Positions 12,500 through 24,000 of a DNA stretch of 64,000 nt are shown in pieces. The stretch comes from Yuukianura sp. NJ FZ-2021 (taxonomy: Eukaryota). The notes under the pieces are model-generated. The model had not been told where the DNA came from. It searched no databases and saw nothing but the letters and a program-made list of their open reading frames with translations. The stretch covers positions 4,464,001 to 4,528,000 of the forward strand of contig CM102285.1 of the NCBI GenBank assembly GCA_046563655.1, given 5' to 3'. Position 1 is the stretch's first letter. Each line of letters starts with the position of its first letter. The position numbers were made by a program, and so were the translations under genes.

Positions 12500-12803
12500 A
12501 GTTATTTTTACCCAAACTTGCATTACAAATGACATTTGAAGTCGAGTTTGACCCGGAAGCAGGTGACCTATTGGGTCACACTCACACATTAAACACAAAA
12601 GTTGCTCCCCTCGATGAGATGAACAACTTTTGTAGAGGTCATTTTCCATGTTACCGCGGATGAAACCGGTTGACCTTGACCTTCGACCCGGAAGGAGTTG
12701 ACGCACGGGGGTCATATTGAATAGTGACCAAGCCCGGGTCATGACATGGTCACTGGTGAAAACCGGAATCAAATCGGACCTGTAGGTTCTGAGATAATTA
12801 ATC

Positions 12804-12836
<33 letters not shown>

Positions 12837-12959
12837 AAACCACTTTTATCATAGCTTATAATAATGGATAAGATAAGATAGTTGCCGCTGACGGCCGGCC
12901 AGACACACAGACAGACAGACAGACAGACAAGGTCAAACCAATAAGTAGCTTCGCTACTT
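12500..12959 (-). mobile_element. DINE-1/HINE-like (Helentron-derived) non-autonomous element
   Basis: Terminal hairpin AAGTAGCTTCGCTACTT (12943-12959) next to a (GACA/GACG)n microsatellite. The body is homologous, in inverted orientation, to 31131-31440. Confidence 0.6.
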
Positions 12960-13542
12960 AATAAAATAATCAAGATAAAAGTTATAATTCGACTCTTATT
13001 TTTATTTTAAATTAACTAATGTATATTTCCAACTTAAAAATTATGAGTGTAAACGAATAGGCTTTTCTAACCGTAACCTTAAAGCTCCATTCTCTCAATA
13101 ATGGCATCAATCCATACATTTCATGGACTATCCATAACACACTTTGCTTTTCACATAATTTTGGCGAGTAACACATGGGTCAATAACTTACGGCATTATC
13201 ACGTTACACTACACACAACATTGTCCTTAAATTCGGATATTTATATAAGTAGTTTAATAAAACAATATATTGCATTGTAACACAATCTAAATCTTGGATA
13301 AGATAAAATATTCAACAACTGACTTAAATTAAAACGTTTAATAACGAAGGGTAAGAACAAATAAGAAAAAAAAATGGCGTGTCGGGATGCTCGGGGTGGA
13401 CCTACACTGAAGTCATGGTTAGCTAATACGACTTCACTTCTGCACTTTACAGAACCAACACTAAAAACGTTTTTTTTTTTAACTTCTTCATTGTCTAGTA
13501 TCTATACACCCTTCATGTCTAGTTTAAATAGCGAAACACACA

Positions 13543-13914
13543 TGTTTGTGGAATTGCCCATGCAACTTCCACTAGGTTTTTCGCTTTAAACTTCCCGCTA
13601 GTTTTTAGGTTCAAATTTACCTCAATTTTAGGCTCCTTAGCCCCTCCCTCTACTACGCAGTTAGATTTGTCTTTTGTTCTGTTTTGCTCTGTTAGCTCTA
13701 AGTCGATCTTAGCACGTTGTCTTGAGAAGTACCATGCTTTCAGTCTGCTAAGTATTCGCTCTTACACCTCTCAATTAACAATTAATTGTTTTCCCCTTCT
13801 AATTAACTTTCTTAATTAAACATTGGGTTAAAAGCCCTGATTAATCTGAACTTTCAGATTCTAGTTTCAACTCAAATTTATTCCTAAAAAGTTCAGTTTG
13901 AAAGTTACTGAACA
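13543..13914 (+). repeat. 5' LTR
   Basis: TGTTTGTGGAATTGCCC...GTTACTGAACA; 8 substitutions relative to the 3' LTR. Confidence 0.95.
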
Positions 13915-13976
13915 TTGTTTTTCAGATTATCAAAAATTAACTCTAATCAAAGACTCAGTGACTCATTATCAGTGAA

Positions 13977-16900
13977 ATGGCCTGTACATCTACTAAACCC
14001 TCTGAAGTAGTGACATTTAGTTCTGCGGCTGTTGGACTCGGTCAAGTCCGGAAGAAGATCGTCCGTCTCCAGACATCTTTGGACTCCAGCACATGGAAAC
14101 CGACCACCGTTCCAGAAGTCACTAGTAAGGAGACTCGACTACTTGAAATCAAAACGGAGTTCAACTACTGGAATCGCCATCTCATCTGTGCCAGTACTTC
14201 CTCCGACTCATTGGTTGACATCGAAGATACCGTCCTTGAGTGTGAAGATCTACTAGAACAGGTACAATTCACACTCTTTGCTGTTCGTGATTCGATTCAC
14301 AAGCCTATCGAGGATCAACCGGATCCTCCACGAATTCAACATCACCCTAATTTTGAGTCTGAGTTTAAGCTCGAGAAAACTAAACCACCGACTTTCAACG
14401 GCGATTACACCGATTGGCAGAACTTCTCGGATCTCTTCCAGGCTGCCGTTATCCAGAATCCCAGAATTTCCGGTGCTCAAAAGCTCGTCTATCTCAAGAA
14501 CTCACTGACTGGTGAAGCTGCGTCCATCGCTTCTTCATTCCCTCTCAACAACCTCAGCTTTAACGAAGCATGGGAATTGGTCGAAAAACGATTTAACAAA
14601 AAACGAGAAATTGTTTTTTCGCACCTAACTAAACTATTCTCTCTTCAGTCAGTTTCAGATACTTCCAAGGGAATCCTGAAACTTGTCGACACCATCAACC
14701 AATGCCTACGTTCCCTCAAAATTCTCAACGTTGATGTCACCCATTGGGACATTTTCATCGTCTTCTGGGCCCATTTGAAACTCGATCCAGAGACCAGAAG
14801 ACAGTGGTTACTGACCACCGATGATGAACTTCCTACTCTTCCTCCGTTCTTGGAGTTTCTTGAGAAAAGAGCCAACGCCCTTACTCCAACATCATCATCG
14901 TCATCAAAGGGAAAGTCAACCACTTCAATGCCCACTGCTCATCACACGACTACAGCACAAACTAAAACCAAATTCGCATGTCCACAGTGTCATGACAAGA
15001 ATCACCGGATCTTCAGATGTCCGGATTTCCTAAAGTTGTCTCCTCGCGAACGATCGGCTGCCGCCCGTGAGAAGAAACTTTGCACCAATTGTTTACGTTC
15101 AGATCATCAAGTTCGTGAGTGTAAAAGTGAGGGGGTGTGTGCCAAATGCTCTAATAGGCATCACACTTTTCTACACTTCGACACTCATGTCCCACCTCTT
15201 CAGCCGAAACCAAACGGGTCAACTTCCGGCTCATCTTCGAAAACCAATTCAGCGGCAAGAACGACACCCTCAACTTCCGGCTCAAGCGCATCTCCAGACG
15301 AACACGTCGAATCCCATCATTCGTCTTCTACGACTACCACTACCAAGGTGGTTCTGATGGCGACTGTCGTCGCAAGAGTCATTGACCAGAATGGGGACCG
15401 TCAACTCTGCCGTGTATTTATGGACCCCGGCTCCGAATCCAACTTCGTCTCCGAAGCTTTCGCAGATCGTTTCAAACTGAAGCGACAGAAGTCATGCATC
15501 AGCGTGACTGGAATTGGAGGATCATCCGGAGGCTCTACCCGTGGTGTGGTAAACTTCAAATTACTCTCACGGTTTGATAATTTTGTTTTTCCAGTCAGAG
15601 CTCTCATCTTGCCTCGTCTCACTGGACTTCTTCCACGCTCCAACTGTCAGGGGTCATTTCCTCACTTGGATGGTCTTTCTCTCGCTGACCCGGAATTCAA
15701 CATTCCATCATCAATCGACATCTTACTTGGAGCAGAGGCGACTGCTCAAGTACTCCTGCCTGGACTGAAAATGGGACTCCCTGGAACTCCTACTGCCCAA
15801 GACTCTCGTTTCGGCTGGTTCCTGACTGGCACGTCCCCATTAAGCCCAGGTCACACCTCGACTTTCTCTGTCACATCATGCCACGCCTCTTGTGATCCAA
15901 ACGATCAGTGTTTGGAAGCATCACTTGAGCGATTTTGGGAATTCGAGGATCCGTCGCCGTCGACACCTCAACTTAAGGCTGATGATCTGGAAGCTGAAAG
16001 CCACTTCCAAAGTACCTTCTCCCGCGACTCAACCGGACGGTATCAAGTCAGCCTACCATTCAAAGATTCTGGGGATCTGGGGGAATCCATGAAGAAAGCA
16101 ACATCCTGCTTCCTCTCACTGGAACGTCAACTGGACAAAGACCCCACCCTCAAATCTGCTTACCATTCTCAGATCCAGGACTATCTTGCCAGAAACTGGG
16201 TCGAGAAAATTCCGGAAGCTGAACTTTCTCCGAATCAAAGGGTCAAGGTCACATCAGCCAACGGAACTGAGCTCTCTCTCCGTCCGTTTTACTTACCTCA
16301 TCATGTGGTTGTAAAACCGGACAACACAACGACTAAATTCCGGATCGTCTTCAACGCTTCGGCTAAAACGAGTTCCGGACAGTCTCTCAATTCTATTCTC
16401 CATTCTGGTCCGAAAATCCAGACAGACCTTCATCCTCTGCTCATGCGCTTCAGAACTCATCCAATCACTCTCTGCGCTGACATCGTCAAGTTTTACAACC
16501 AAATTCAAGTGTCTCCTTCACACTGCAACTTCCAACGTTTTCTGTGGAGGCCAGACCGGAGTGAACCATTCACTCATCTTCGCTTTCTCCGACTGACCTT
16601 TGGCGTAACCACTGCTCCATTTCTGGCAATCCGCGTTCTACGCCAACTGGGGGAAGAATGCAGGGAAGACTTTCCTCTCGCCTACGCTTCAATTCAAAAC
16701 GACTTCCTCGTGGACAACCTACTCTCAGGCGGAACTACAACTGAAGAAGTCATTCAACTGAAGTCTCAAATCGAATCCGTTCTCTCCATGGGCAAGTTCC
16801 CTCTACAAAAATGGGCATCCAACTGCCCGGAAGTTCTCCAGTCACTTTCACCAGAAGAGCGGGAAAACTACTCAATGGACATCCAAGTCGACGAGTCAGT

Positions 16901-19362
16901 CAAGACCATTGGGCTCTTCTGGCACCCAGCCTCAGATTCATTTGGCGTCAAGATCACTCCACCACCATCTCTCTCTTCCTTTACCAAACGTGAAATCCTT
17001 TCACATGTCGCTCGGATCTTTGACCCACTCCAATGGCTCTCTCCAGTCACCATTTCAGCCAAAATCCTTCTCCAGTCCCTCTGGAAAGAAAAAATCGGAT
17101 GGGATGACCCCATTCCTCCACACTACGTCAAGAAGTGGCTCAAGTACTCTTCGGAACTTGAAGTCCTTCGCAATTTCCGCATCCCTCGATGTCTCACTTT
17201 CGCTACTTCTGCATCCTCCACTGTGACCCATGACCTCATCGGCTTCTGCGACGCTTCAAATCTCGCGTACGGTGCCTGCGTCTACTTGCGGTCAAAGTGC
17301 GAGGACGAGGTCAAAGTCCTGCTCATCGCAGCGAAAACCAAGGTTGCTCCTGTCGGCGGAGAAACTACTCCCAGACTGGAACTCTGCAGTGCCGTACTCC
17401 TCTCACAACTCGTGAACTACGTCCACACTGCTCTCATTTCTACTAAAATTAAAATTTCGTCTGTTCTCTGCTTCACAGATTCCACTGGAGCACTGGGACA
17501 ACTCTTTTCCAATGAGAAGCAGACAGTCTTCGTGGCCAATCGCGTCAGAAAAATCAAGAACAGTCCAGTCACTACCCATTGGTACCATGTACCGGGAGAG
17601 CTGAATCCTGCTGACTGCTGCTCAAGAGGAATCTCCCCCTCTAACTTTCTCAATCATCCACTCTGGCTCCACGGACCAGAATTCCTCAAGGCCGACGTTC
17701 TACCCCCTCAACCCTACACTGAAAATGTTGCGACTTTTATAGCCGCTCTGGGAGCTGGAGCAACATTCGCCTCATGTGGAATCTTTCGCCTCATCGAGTC
17801 TACTCCCTCCTTTACCAAGATGAAGAGGCTACTCGCGTACTGGATCAGACTTCAAAACAAGTATCGAAAAGGAGCGATGCCGACGTCTGGACCGCTCACT
17901 TCAGCAGAACTGGAGCAGGCCCAACTTGTACTCATCAAGGAGGTCCAAAAAGCCTGTTTCTCTGAAGAAATCACTTTCCTGGCCAAGAAGAAGCAAATCA
18001 AAGGCAACGTCAAGTTCTTGTCTCCTTTCTTGGACCACAACGGAATCCTTCGCGTAGGAGGCAGACTGCAGATGTCGGCACTCGACTTTTCAAGCCGTCA
18101 TCCAGTCCTTCTCCCCAAGTGCCATTCCAAGCCTACTTCAACCGAAGACAGAATCTTCAGTCATTTCGTCCTTGCTGTGGCTCGTCACTTCCATGAAGCA
18201 AACCTCCACGCTGGACCGAAACTTCTACTCTCTCTCATCCGCTCGGAATTCTGGATTCCACGAGGACCCGATCTCTGCAGCCGGATCTTCAAATCTTGCG
18301 TCATTTGCTTCAAGCAACGACCTCACCACACAACTCAAATTATGGCACCTCTGCCCACCGCTCGAGTGACTCCGGATCTCCCGTTCCTGAAAGTTGGCGT
18401 GGACTACGCAGGTCCACTCAAAATTGCCCTCATTCCAGGACGGAATCCACGCCTAATTGACGCCTACGTTTGCGTGTTCATCTGTATGGCCACCAAGGCC
18501 GTTCACTTGGAGTACGTCGGAGGACTCTCCACTCCCGACTTCATTGCTGCTCTCCAACGCTTCTGCGCCATCCGGAACTCTCCAGCAGAAATCTACTGTG
18601 ACGGAGGACGGAACTTCCTTGGCGCTAAGAACGAGATGGAAGCCCTTCAAAAGATGCTGTCGTCACCACAACATCAGCACAAAGTTACACTCTTCGCCAC
18701 TGGAGAGAAGATCAATTTCTTCTTCAGCCCCCCTTACGGACCACATCACGGAGGACTGGGAGGCGGCAGTTAAGAGCATGAAGCTCCATCTCACCAGAAT
18801 CGTTCAAGGTCACCACATTTCACTGGAAGAATTCGTGACTCTTCTCGCTCGCACTTCAGCTGCACTCAATTCCAGACCATTGACGCCTGTCTCAAATCAC
18901 CCCGACGATTTTCAGGCTCTCACACCATTCCACTTCCTGTCTCTCCGTGCTCCTAAGTGGATTCCGGAAGAGGATTTGACTTCAATGAAATCTCATCGCA
19001 GTCGCTGGGAACTTGTCCAGCAAATGTCACAGCATTTTTTCAAAAACTGGAGCTCCGACTTCCTGCAGTCTCTCCAGCAAAAACACAAGTGGCTCCAAAT
19101 CCAGCCTAATCTCGCCACTGGAATGATGGTGCTCGTTCAAGACGTCGACTCATCATTCAAGCACAAGCGCTGGGTTCTTGGACGAGTCGAAGCCACTTTC
19201 CCTGGACCCGACGGAAGAGTCAGAACCTGCGACGTTCGGATTCCAGTCGACAACTCCGACAAGAAGGGACCCCCCACCAAAGTCTACAGACGCCCCATCA
19301 CTCGACTTGCTCCTCTGCCAATCGATGATGACGTCACTGCAGCATTCTCCAGCATCAACTAG
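13977..19362 (+). pseudogene. BEL/Pao Gag-Pol polyprotein, frameshifted in the integrase
   Basis: DUF1759-like gag (PPTFNGDYTDWQNF), three Cys-His knuckles, protease (MDPGSE), RT (ADIVKFY; FLVDN), RNase H (GFCDAS), integrase (VGVDYAGP) and a C-terminal DUF5641-like region. The frame changes at ~18757 (GGL|WEAAVK). Confidence 0.93.
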
Positions 19363-19578
19363 ATGTAGATTTTCTTTTCAATTCAAGTAGAGCTTAGAGT
19401 TAAGTTCTAAATTTAGATTTTCTTAAAAATTTAGATTTAACTTAATTTTAGCCCTATCTCTTCTAAAATTTAAGTTTCTTGTGCTTGCGTGCATTTTCAC
19501 AAGCAACCCGGTTTTCATTTCCAGTTTAATTTTCAATATTTCCTTGGTGGATTTCCTAAATCCACCAACGCCGGGGAA

Positions 19579-19950
19579 TGTTTGTGGAATTGCCCATGCA
19601 ACTTCCACTAGGTTTTTCACTTTAAACTTCCCGCTAGTTTTTAGGTTCAAATTTACCTCAATTTCAGGCTCCTTAGCCCCTCCCTCTACTACGCAGTTAG
19701 ATTTGTCTTTTGTTCTGTTTTGCTCTGTTAGCCCTAAGTCGATCTTAGCACGTTGTCTCGATAAGTACCACGCTTTCAGTCTGCTAAGTACTCGTTCTTA
19801 CACCTCTCAATTAACAATTAATTGTTTTCCCCTTCTAATTAACTTTCTTAATTAAACATTGGGTTAAAAGCCCTGATTAATCTGAACTTTCAGATTCTAG
19901 TTTCAACTCAAATTTATTCCTAAAAAGTTCAGTTTGAAAGTTACTGAACA
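19579..19950 (+). repeat. 3' LTR
   Basis: Direct repeat of 13543-13914. Confidence 0.95.
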
Positions 19951-20199
19951 ACACATTTTCATCGGAAAGTACCTCTTTTCAAAAATTATAGCATTTTATG
20001 GCAAAACCATACCCTAAGACATCACTGTTATTTTCAGTTTCCGGGATTCTAGGTCTTTTAGATTGTTTTTGTTTGATCATGGTCATGCTTGTAATGGAAT
20101 TAAGAGGTTTTGTTTTTGATTGAACAAATGTAATTTTGTTACGTAATTCAAATAACCTTTAGGAAGTATAGTGCTAAGCAGTGTTTAGGCCGGTTAGAA

Positions 20200-21282
20200 C
20201 TAGAAAGCGACGTTATGAGCTGGGTTAAAGTCCTGGAGGATTTCCTTTGCCGAAGTGTGTCTGGCTCCTGGTGTACCCTTGAGTCCTGATTTGTCCAAGA
20301 ATGTATTCAGTGTTGCTTTGTATTCGTCCGGATGTCGCTGCATGTGTCCAACGTGAGGAGTATTGGCCCAAACCTTGTGGGTAACAGAAATGTTGCTGTT
20401 GCTTTTCCAAGTATCACTGACGGCATTGATGGTGTTCATGGGTGATATGGGATCATTTTCAGAGTTGAGGAACAGCGCCGGCGCTTTGAGAGGGTAATTG
20501 TAGAAATACTCGTGAGCGGTGTGGTAGTGCTTTGTTGAAATACTTTCCATGGCCTTCATGTGAAAGTCAATGTAGTCTTTGAGTAGCTTCTGCGGAAGTG
20601 GAGCATTTGGAAAGACCGATTTAGACACACCAATTGCTGTTCCCTGCACATCTGTAATTTACATCAATCGCAAAATGTTGTTAAACATTGACTTAAGTGT
20701 AGTCTTACAAACTTGGTAAAATAAAAACTAACTGTTGTTTCATCGTAATTACATTAGATTCTTACCAACAACAGAATCCCATATTTGAGCCACCATTTTT
20801 GCCACTACAGGTCCATACTCGGCCGGATTCTCTTTTGCTAGTCGTAGCATCTGCGCAAAAACATACCCGCCTACGGAGAATCCATGTACAATGGAGCGTG
20901 GATGGTTACTTTTGCGCAGAAGTGGCATCAATTCAGTCTCTACAATTCGATTGGTTTTGACAGGAAGTAGGAGTTGCGTGGGGCTGATACGAACTGTCAA
21001 TACATCATAGCCTTTGTCCAAGTAGTATGAGGCGTATTTGTTGACAGCTCTTGTTTTGGCCATCAACCAGCAAAGGAGAATGGACAGAGGGCGCTCGGTT
21101 GGTTGTTCCCACAAACCCAGCTTGGAAGTTGAGACACTTTGTGCTGGCTCTCTTTTGGTAAGGTACGCGATGGTTGGGCTAAAGTGTTTCGTAGTTAGTG
21201 TTCGGCATTGTAGTTCCAGTCGAAGATTGTGAAGCTGTGTAGTCCGATTCTGTAAGCATTTCGCCAGCGTGGACACCGCCAT
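20200..21282 (-). CDS. TMEM53/DUF829 protein, copy 2 (exons 21282-20766, 20651-20200)
   Basis: Close paralog of 6755-7807 with the same intron position; HGFSVGGY, QIWDS and PHVGHMQRHP motifs. Confidence 0.88.
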
Positions 21283-22343
21283 TTTCTACAATCTGCTAAA
21301 TTATTAAAACGGAGTTATAGTCAGGAGAAGAAGGATTATTTATCAGTTTTCAATGAACTACTTTGTGCAAAAATGTAGGTCTTATAAGTTTTTTAGGCGC
21401 ATTGTTTTGTATTCAAATTTCATAGCAAAAAGCAGTTGCTGTGACGAAAGTCATCTTTAAATTTATTTAGGTTAATTATCTTTATTTGAAAAAAAAAACG
21501 CAAAAAAGAAAAAAAATAAATTCTCACCGAAAAAAGTTCGTTTAGACTGAAAATTAAATTGAGTAACTTCAAATTTTCGCTTACCAATTGTTGGCCTTTC
21601 GGGTGTTAATCAAGGTGACCTTTCTGAGGAGTGGAAATGCCACTAGCGTCACTAAAAAATTATTTCTAACAGCGTATTAAAAAAGATGAATCTCAGTGTA
21701 AGTCCGAAACTGAAGTGTGTAAGTGCAATGGACGCGTAAAGTGGTTCTTTCTTCTGATTTGCACGAGCAAGTGGTGTGATCTGGTCATTATTTGATCACC
21801 CTACAAAAAACGGAACACTTCTCATGCGACAGAGGAGTGCAATTTCGTTGTAAAAAAAAACATTTTTTTTTTGCGGCTGAGAGATCTAGAGGTGTGTAAC
21901 ACGTTCAACTTACATAAGCATACCCCATAAGTGCATGCTCTAAAAAATGCCGTTTAAGGCGCCTAAACAGCTCTTTAAAACACCCGAAAAAGTCCTTAAA
22001 ACCTGAAAAAAAGCCCTAAACATCCATTGAAACTGACCCGGAATGTGTAACTTGTGCACCTGATTATTCGAATCCAGTTCGAGACAGTTCAACCCGCAAA
22101 TTTTGGGCTTATGGGCCTTATAGTACAAAATAACTTAAAGTGGGATGAACACATAGATAAACTAATAAAGAAATGTTATGCAGTCATGCATACCATTTAC
22201 AAGTACAAAAATTACTTTCCGGTGAAACCCAAAAAAATTGTCCTGGAATCCCTAGTCATATCCGGTATTGCAATATATGATAGTAATTTGGGCCGAAAAC
22301 AACCAAAAAGAATTTAAAGAAGGTAGAGAAAGTTATGCGAACC

Positions 22344-23083
22344 GGTTAGATTGTCGTTTCTGGGGCTATGAAACTTTTTTCTAAGTTTTTTGGTCGAAAA
22401 TTTCGAAAAAAATTTTTTTCGTTTTTTTCACTTTTTATCATGTTTCAAACGTTTTTGGAACGTTTGGAGCAAAAAAAATTTTTTGACCCCAAGGGTCCCC
22501 CCTTCCCATTTTTTTGAGAATCTGGACTCGAAAATTTTCTAAGTACCAAAACTGAAGTGGTCACCCCTGACAACCTCAAAAATGACCCTTACGAAAGTTG
22601 TCCACCATCATAAGGGGAGTATTTTTTGTCCTATGGACTATGACCCTACGACCACTCCTTCAGGTCAGAGGTCAACGGAAAGGAAAATTGGGGAAAAGTT
22701 TGCGTTGACCTCTGACCTGAAGGAGTGGTCGTAGGGTCATAGTCCATAGGACAAAAAATACTCCCCTTATGATGGTGGACAACTTTCGTAAGGGTCATTT
22801 TTGAGGTTGTCAGGGGTGACCACTTCAGTTTTGGTACTTAGAAAATTTTCGAGTCCCAGAATCTCAAAAAATGGGAAGTGGGACCCTTGGGGTCAAAAAA
22901 TTTTTTTTGCTCCAAACGTTCCAAAAACGTTTGAAACATGATAAAAAGTGAAAAAAACGAAAAAAAATTTTTTCGAAATTTTCGACCAAAAAACTTAGAA
23001 AAAAGTTTCATAGCCCCAGAAACGACAATCTAACCTGCGAGGTTAGAAAAAAGTTTCATAGCCCCAGAAACGACAATCTAACC
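22344..23083. mobile_element. Near-perfect palindromic foldback element with 8-bp TSD and a duplicated right end
   Basis: Arms 22344-22677 and 22703-23035; an extra copy of the terminal ~40 bp at 23043-23083; TGCGAACC at 22336-22343 and 23084-23091. Confidence 0.88.
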
Positions 23084-23146
23084 TGCGAACCATGGCAAGA
23101 CTTCCTTTTAAACAAAAGAAAGAATGACAAAATTTCTGTAGATATG

Positions 23147-23244
23147 ACTATAGTAGGGCCGTTTTCATAATCCGAAGTTTTGTATTGTGGAGATGGATCT
23201 CCTCCACACAAAACTTCGGATCATGAAAACGGCCCTACTATAGT
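23147..23244. mobile_element. Small hairpin MITE
   Basis: ACTATAGTAGGGCCGTTTTCATAATCCGAAGTTTTGT...ACAAAACTTCGGATCATGAAAACGGCCCTACTATAGT. Confidence 0.7.
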
Positions 23245-24000
23245 GAATTAGTGGTTATACCCAGGAGCACTGTTTAAGTATAAAATGGTTACATTTATGT
23301 ACACAATAATTAATGACAACAGATGTTTTTAATAATTACTACAAGAAAGCCAATGAAGTGCATAGTTATCCAACGTCAACTTCTTGTAATAAGACTAAAA
23401 TACACGTATCTAAAGAATTAACTCAGTAAAAACGTCTAATGACATTCCAATCTAGATCAGTTCAACTGTGGAATAATTTGAACGAGGAAGTAGTAAGGTC
23501 AAGGAACTTATGGAATTTTAAAAAAGCTTTAAAAAAAAACTTAAAGCTAAAAAAAACTAAAAGAGCAAAAGGAAAATTATGGTAATTAATTAAAGTATAG
23601 GATTAAGTAGTTAGTTTAATTCAATTAAACCGAAGAAGGGTCTAGTAGCGACGACCAATCAGTCCTTTAGTTGTAATTTGGCATTCTGAATTAGGTTTAG
23701 AAGAAATTTAGTTTTGTGAAAAATGGGAACAAGGTGGTTATTATCGCCTAAGGGTAACCATGGGAAAAAATTCGATTTTAGGTATAAACAAACTGCACAG
23801 AATTTTCACTGTCAGAAAAGACCTCAGTTTTTAAGATGCAGGTTTTTAATGTTTCCAATTTTTTGCAAGGTAAATATTTCATCTGAACAAAACCATTGCT
23901 ACCTGATTAGCCTGATATTTCGTAACATGGGAAATAATTAAAAGTCAAAGTATGAAGATTAAAGTATGAAGATTTGGAAAACTTTTGTTTAAGCTGAATT

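Larger units (their letters stand above)
13543..19950 (+). mobile_element. Full-length BEL/Pao LTR retrotransposon
   Basis: Two 372-bp TG...CA LTRs, a 5-bp TSD ACACA (13538-13542, 19951-19955), a purine tract CCGGGGAA before the 3' LTR and a Gag-Pol ORF. Confidence 0.97.
22110..23545 (+). pseudogene. Degraded 3' remnant of a non-LTR (CR1/L2-like) retrotransposon ORF2, interrupted by two palindromic insertions
   Basis: GLIVQNNLKWDEHIDKLIKK (post-RT motif) and RSVQLWNNLNEEVVRSRNLWNFKKAL (~23455-23535; typical C-terminal R-x4-WN-L...FK motif), with stops in between. Confidence 0.75.

Noticed and set aside
11725..12973. Gly/Pro-rich ORFs of 132-257 aa (collagen- or antifreeze-like)
   Set aside because: They are open in several frames on both strands because the GC minisatellite lacks stops, and there is no consistent Gly-X-Y phase or signal peptide.
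18457..19362. Separate env-like ORF or programmed frameshift in the LTR element
   Set aside because: It is the out-of-frame integrase C-terminus, and the break falls inside a conserved motif.
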